Origin: a candidate division WOR-3 bacterium
GTDB taxonomy: Bacteria; Hydrothermota; Hydrothermia; B15-G9; WFZT01
Direction of reading: 5' to 3'
Assembly (NCBI GenBank): GCA_027053075.1
Contig: JALUEE010000073.1
Coordinates: 1 to 36,880, forward strand
DNA length: 36,880 nucleotides
The stretch's first letter is position 1, and each line of letters begins with the position of its first letter. Both the position numbers and the translations under genes were made by a program. This document shows, piece by piece, positions 35,226 through 36,880 of this stretch. Under the pieces are notes generated by a model. The model searched no databases, was not told the DNA's origin, and saw only the letters and a list, made by a program, of their open reading frames with translations.

Positions 35226-35660
35226 CCAATCTCCCCTAATCTCTCTTTTTAGGGGGTTCTTCAGCATGCAAGACCTTTGAAAAACGGTGAAGGTTTATTG
35301 ATAGCATTCAATCTGCTGACAAAGCAATTCCTATTCCCTGCTTTGGGATAGGGCAAGTGAGGGGCTGCATCTTGAATTTTCATAGATTTTAAGCGGAATG
35401 CCCCCTCCCTGAATCCCTCCCCCGCGTATAATGCGGGGGAGGGAAGTGCCTTAAGGTATCGAGGATTAACAGGCAAAGCCTTAAAAGAAGGATTTTTTTG
35501 AATTCACAAGAACTTCCCCAAAAACATGGACACTAACTTCTGAACCCGCTACACGAAACACCTCCTCTCCCCGCATCAATTCTTTGCGGGGAGAGGTAAG
35601 GTGAGGGGCTACATCATTAATTTTTTCAAGATTCAAGCGTACCCCCTCCTCACTCTCAAA
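35226..35660. repeat. Mosaic cluster of BoxC-like repeats (degenerate B, degenerate R, L, R, truncated L)
   Basis: B-like 35226-35257; R-like 35330-35374; L stem 35414-35444; R 35564-35615; truncated L tail 35638-35657. Confidence 0.85.
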
Positions 35661-35864
35661 CGAATTTAGTCAATTGGGCTATTGTTAACAATAATTCGAA
35701 TTTATTCCTCTCTTTGTTCGCACAGGGTTGTATTTATATAAAAGTTCTTTGGAGACTGAATGGATATGCGACAGATTACCGATCGGTCTTACTCCGAGTC
35801 TTGCAATTTCCTGCCATGTATCGCTTTTTTCATCATTGACTGGATGTTTTTCCATTCCCTCCTC

Positions 35865-35893
35865 TTGTCAGGTCGGTGGATGAAAATTATCAT
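35865..35893 (+). promoter_or_regulatory. Putative sigma70 promoter of the FmdB-family gene
   Basis: TTGTCA(35865-35870)-17 nt-TATCAT(35888-35893), then GGGAGGT SD. Confidence 0.55.
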
Positions 35894-35918
35894 CAATTAA
35901 AAAGCGGGAGGTTTGAAA

Positions 35919-36305
35919 ATGCCGATTTATGAGTATGTTTGCCTTGACTGTGGCAGAAAGTTCACACTCTTTAAGCTGAATATAGTGGAGAAAGATGAGG
36001 ACCGATGCCCTTACTGCGGGAGTACAAATATCAAAAAACTTGTCTCGAGGGTCAGATTTGTCATGTCGGAGGACGAACGACTCGAAAAGTTAGCTGATCC
36101 ATCCAACTGGAGCGGACTTGACGAGAATGATCCCAAATCAATTGCAAAGTTTATGAAAAAAATGGGGAATGAATTGGGTGAAGACCTTGGCCCTGAGTTT
36201 GAAGAGGTGGTTGACAGGCTGGAAAAAGGAGAGAACCCGGAGGACATTGAACGAAGCATGGAGGGTGACGAATCCGCTGGAGAGGGCACCGGAGATTTTG
36301 AATAA
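35919..36305 (+). CDS. FmdB-family zinc ribbon protein with acidic C-terminal domain
   Basis: MPIYEYVCLDCG...CPYCGS...KLVS; ATG 35919 fits SD spacing (alternative TTG 35913). Confidence 0.92.
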   Translation: MPIYEYVCLDCGRKFTLFKLNIVEKDEDRCPYCGSTNIKKLVSRVRFVMSEDERLEKLADPSNWSGLDENDPKSIAKFMKKMGNELGEDLGPEFEEVVDRLEKGENPEDIERSMEGDESAGEGTGDFE

Positions 36306-36460
36306 TCGGCTTTCGCAGAAAATAAGAGGGGCTGAGTTCTGACTATTAGAAGAAATTACTACAAAATTACTTTTTACAGACTAATCTCTCGCAAACTTAC
36401 ATCAATTCACATTACCCGCTTACTACACAGAGCTTCAATCGAGTTTAAGTAACTTAATCT

Positions 36461-36880
36461 CTACCTAAAATGCCTGCTTGCGAATTCAAGAGAATTCTTG
36501 ATCCGGAAGTATAGATGTGTTCCATGTCTCGCGGGGAAGAGGTCATTGGGATACCCCGGTGCATCGCTGAAAATATCGTAGGTGTAAAGTGAATCCGGAT
36601 AGTTCAGAGAATCCATAAGGGCTGCAAAAGCCTCTGTATGAGAAGTGAGCATGAGCTCATCATTAATTCCACAATCTAAATAAAATTTCGTCTGATTAGC
36701 CAGCAGATTGCTGAGACTGTCTCTGAAGAGTGTCGCAGGGTCGTGCTTTGGAAGCCATTCATTGTAATAAACACTGTCTGGAGTGTACGTAGTGTCGAAG
36801 GGCAGTCTGACTCCTACAGCAACAGGATTACCAAACAGAAAGAATACCGAGTCCTGAAGAATCAGTTCATACTTCGTCGA
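36461..36880 (-). CDS. Alpha/beta-hydrolase (putative esterase), 3' part; 5' end lies outside the window
   Basis: Frame open from the window edge for 140 codons: ...VRLPFD...HDP...FYLDCGINDEL...ARH...RIKNSLEFAS, consistent with the Asp/His region of esterases. Confidence 0.7.
   Translation of the reverse strand, partial: STKYELILQDSVFFLFGNPVAVGVRLPFDTTYTPDSVYYNEWLPKHDPATLFRDSLSNLLANQTKFYLDCGINDELMLTSHTEAFAALMDSLNYPDSLYTYDIFSDAPGYPNDLFPARHGTHLYFRIKNSLEFASRHFR

Overview
Bacterial chromosomal window made up mostly of housekeeping genes. Gene content suggests a thermophile or anaerobe (Thermus-type aminopropyltransferase, archaeal-type arginine decarboxylase, Fe-S-type TrpRS, V/A-ATPase subunit). 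Taxonomy cannot be fixed from sequence alone. Left to right it holds: an 11-subunit complex I-like operon (nuoABCDHIJKLMN, no nuoEFG) whose NuoI has a long C-terminal extension; der plus a stand-alone PUA/NIP7-like gene; an Arg-rich type IV pilin; a complete polyamine operon (speD, speE, pdaD, speE, speB, then Mut7-C and a NapF/MauM-like ferredoxin); radical SAM plus YwiC-like; PAP2, PMM/PGM and GNAT; V-ATPase C, AIR-synthase-like and hemW; acyl-CoA ligase plus DUF2892-like; trpS-ribE; gdhA-gmhA; an FmdB zinc ribbon; and a truncated esterase. The best unannotated signals are five. (1) A 19-codon leader ORF (MCEGDLCVGRVGILYWDNW) with a perfect SD sits between a consensus promoter and speD, a candidate polyamine-sensing leader peptide. 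(2) A BoxC-like palindromic repeat system occupies all seven long intergenic regions, including two copies of a composite element with a conserved core and two MITE-like units with terminal inverted repeats and 11-bp flanking duplications. (3) The repeat stems are closed by GC-GNA/AAA-GC DNA triloops. (4) NuoI carries an RnfB-like Fe-S domain that has lost all four cysteines. (5) Four operon-leading genes appear to be leaderless. No tRNA, rRNA, CRISPR array or transposase was seen.
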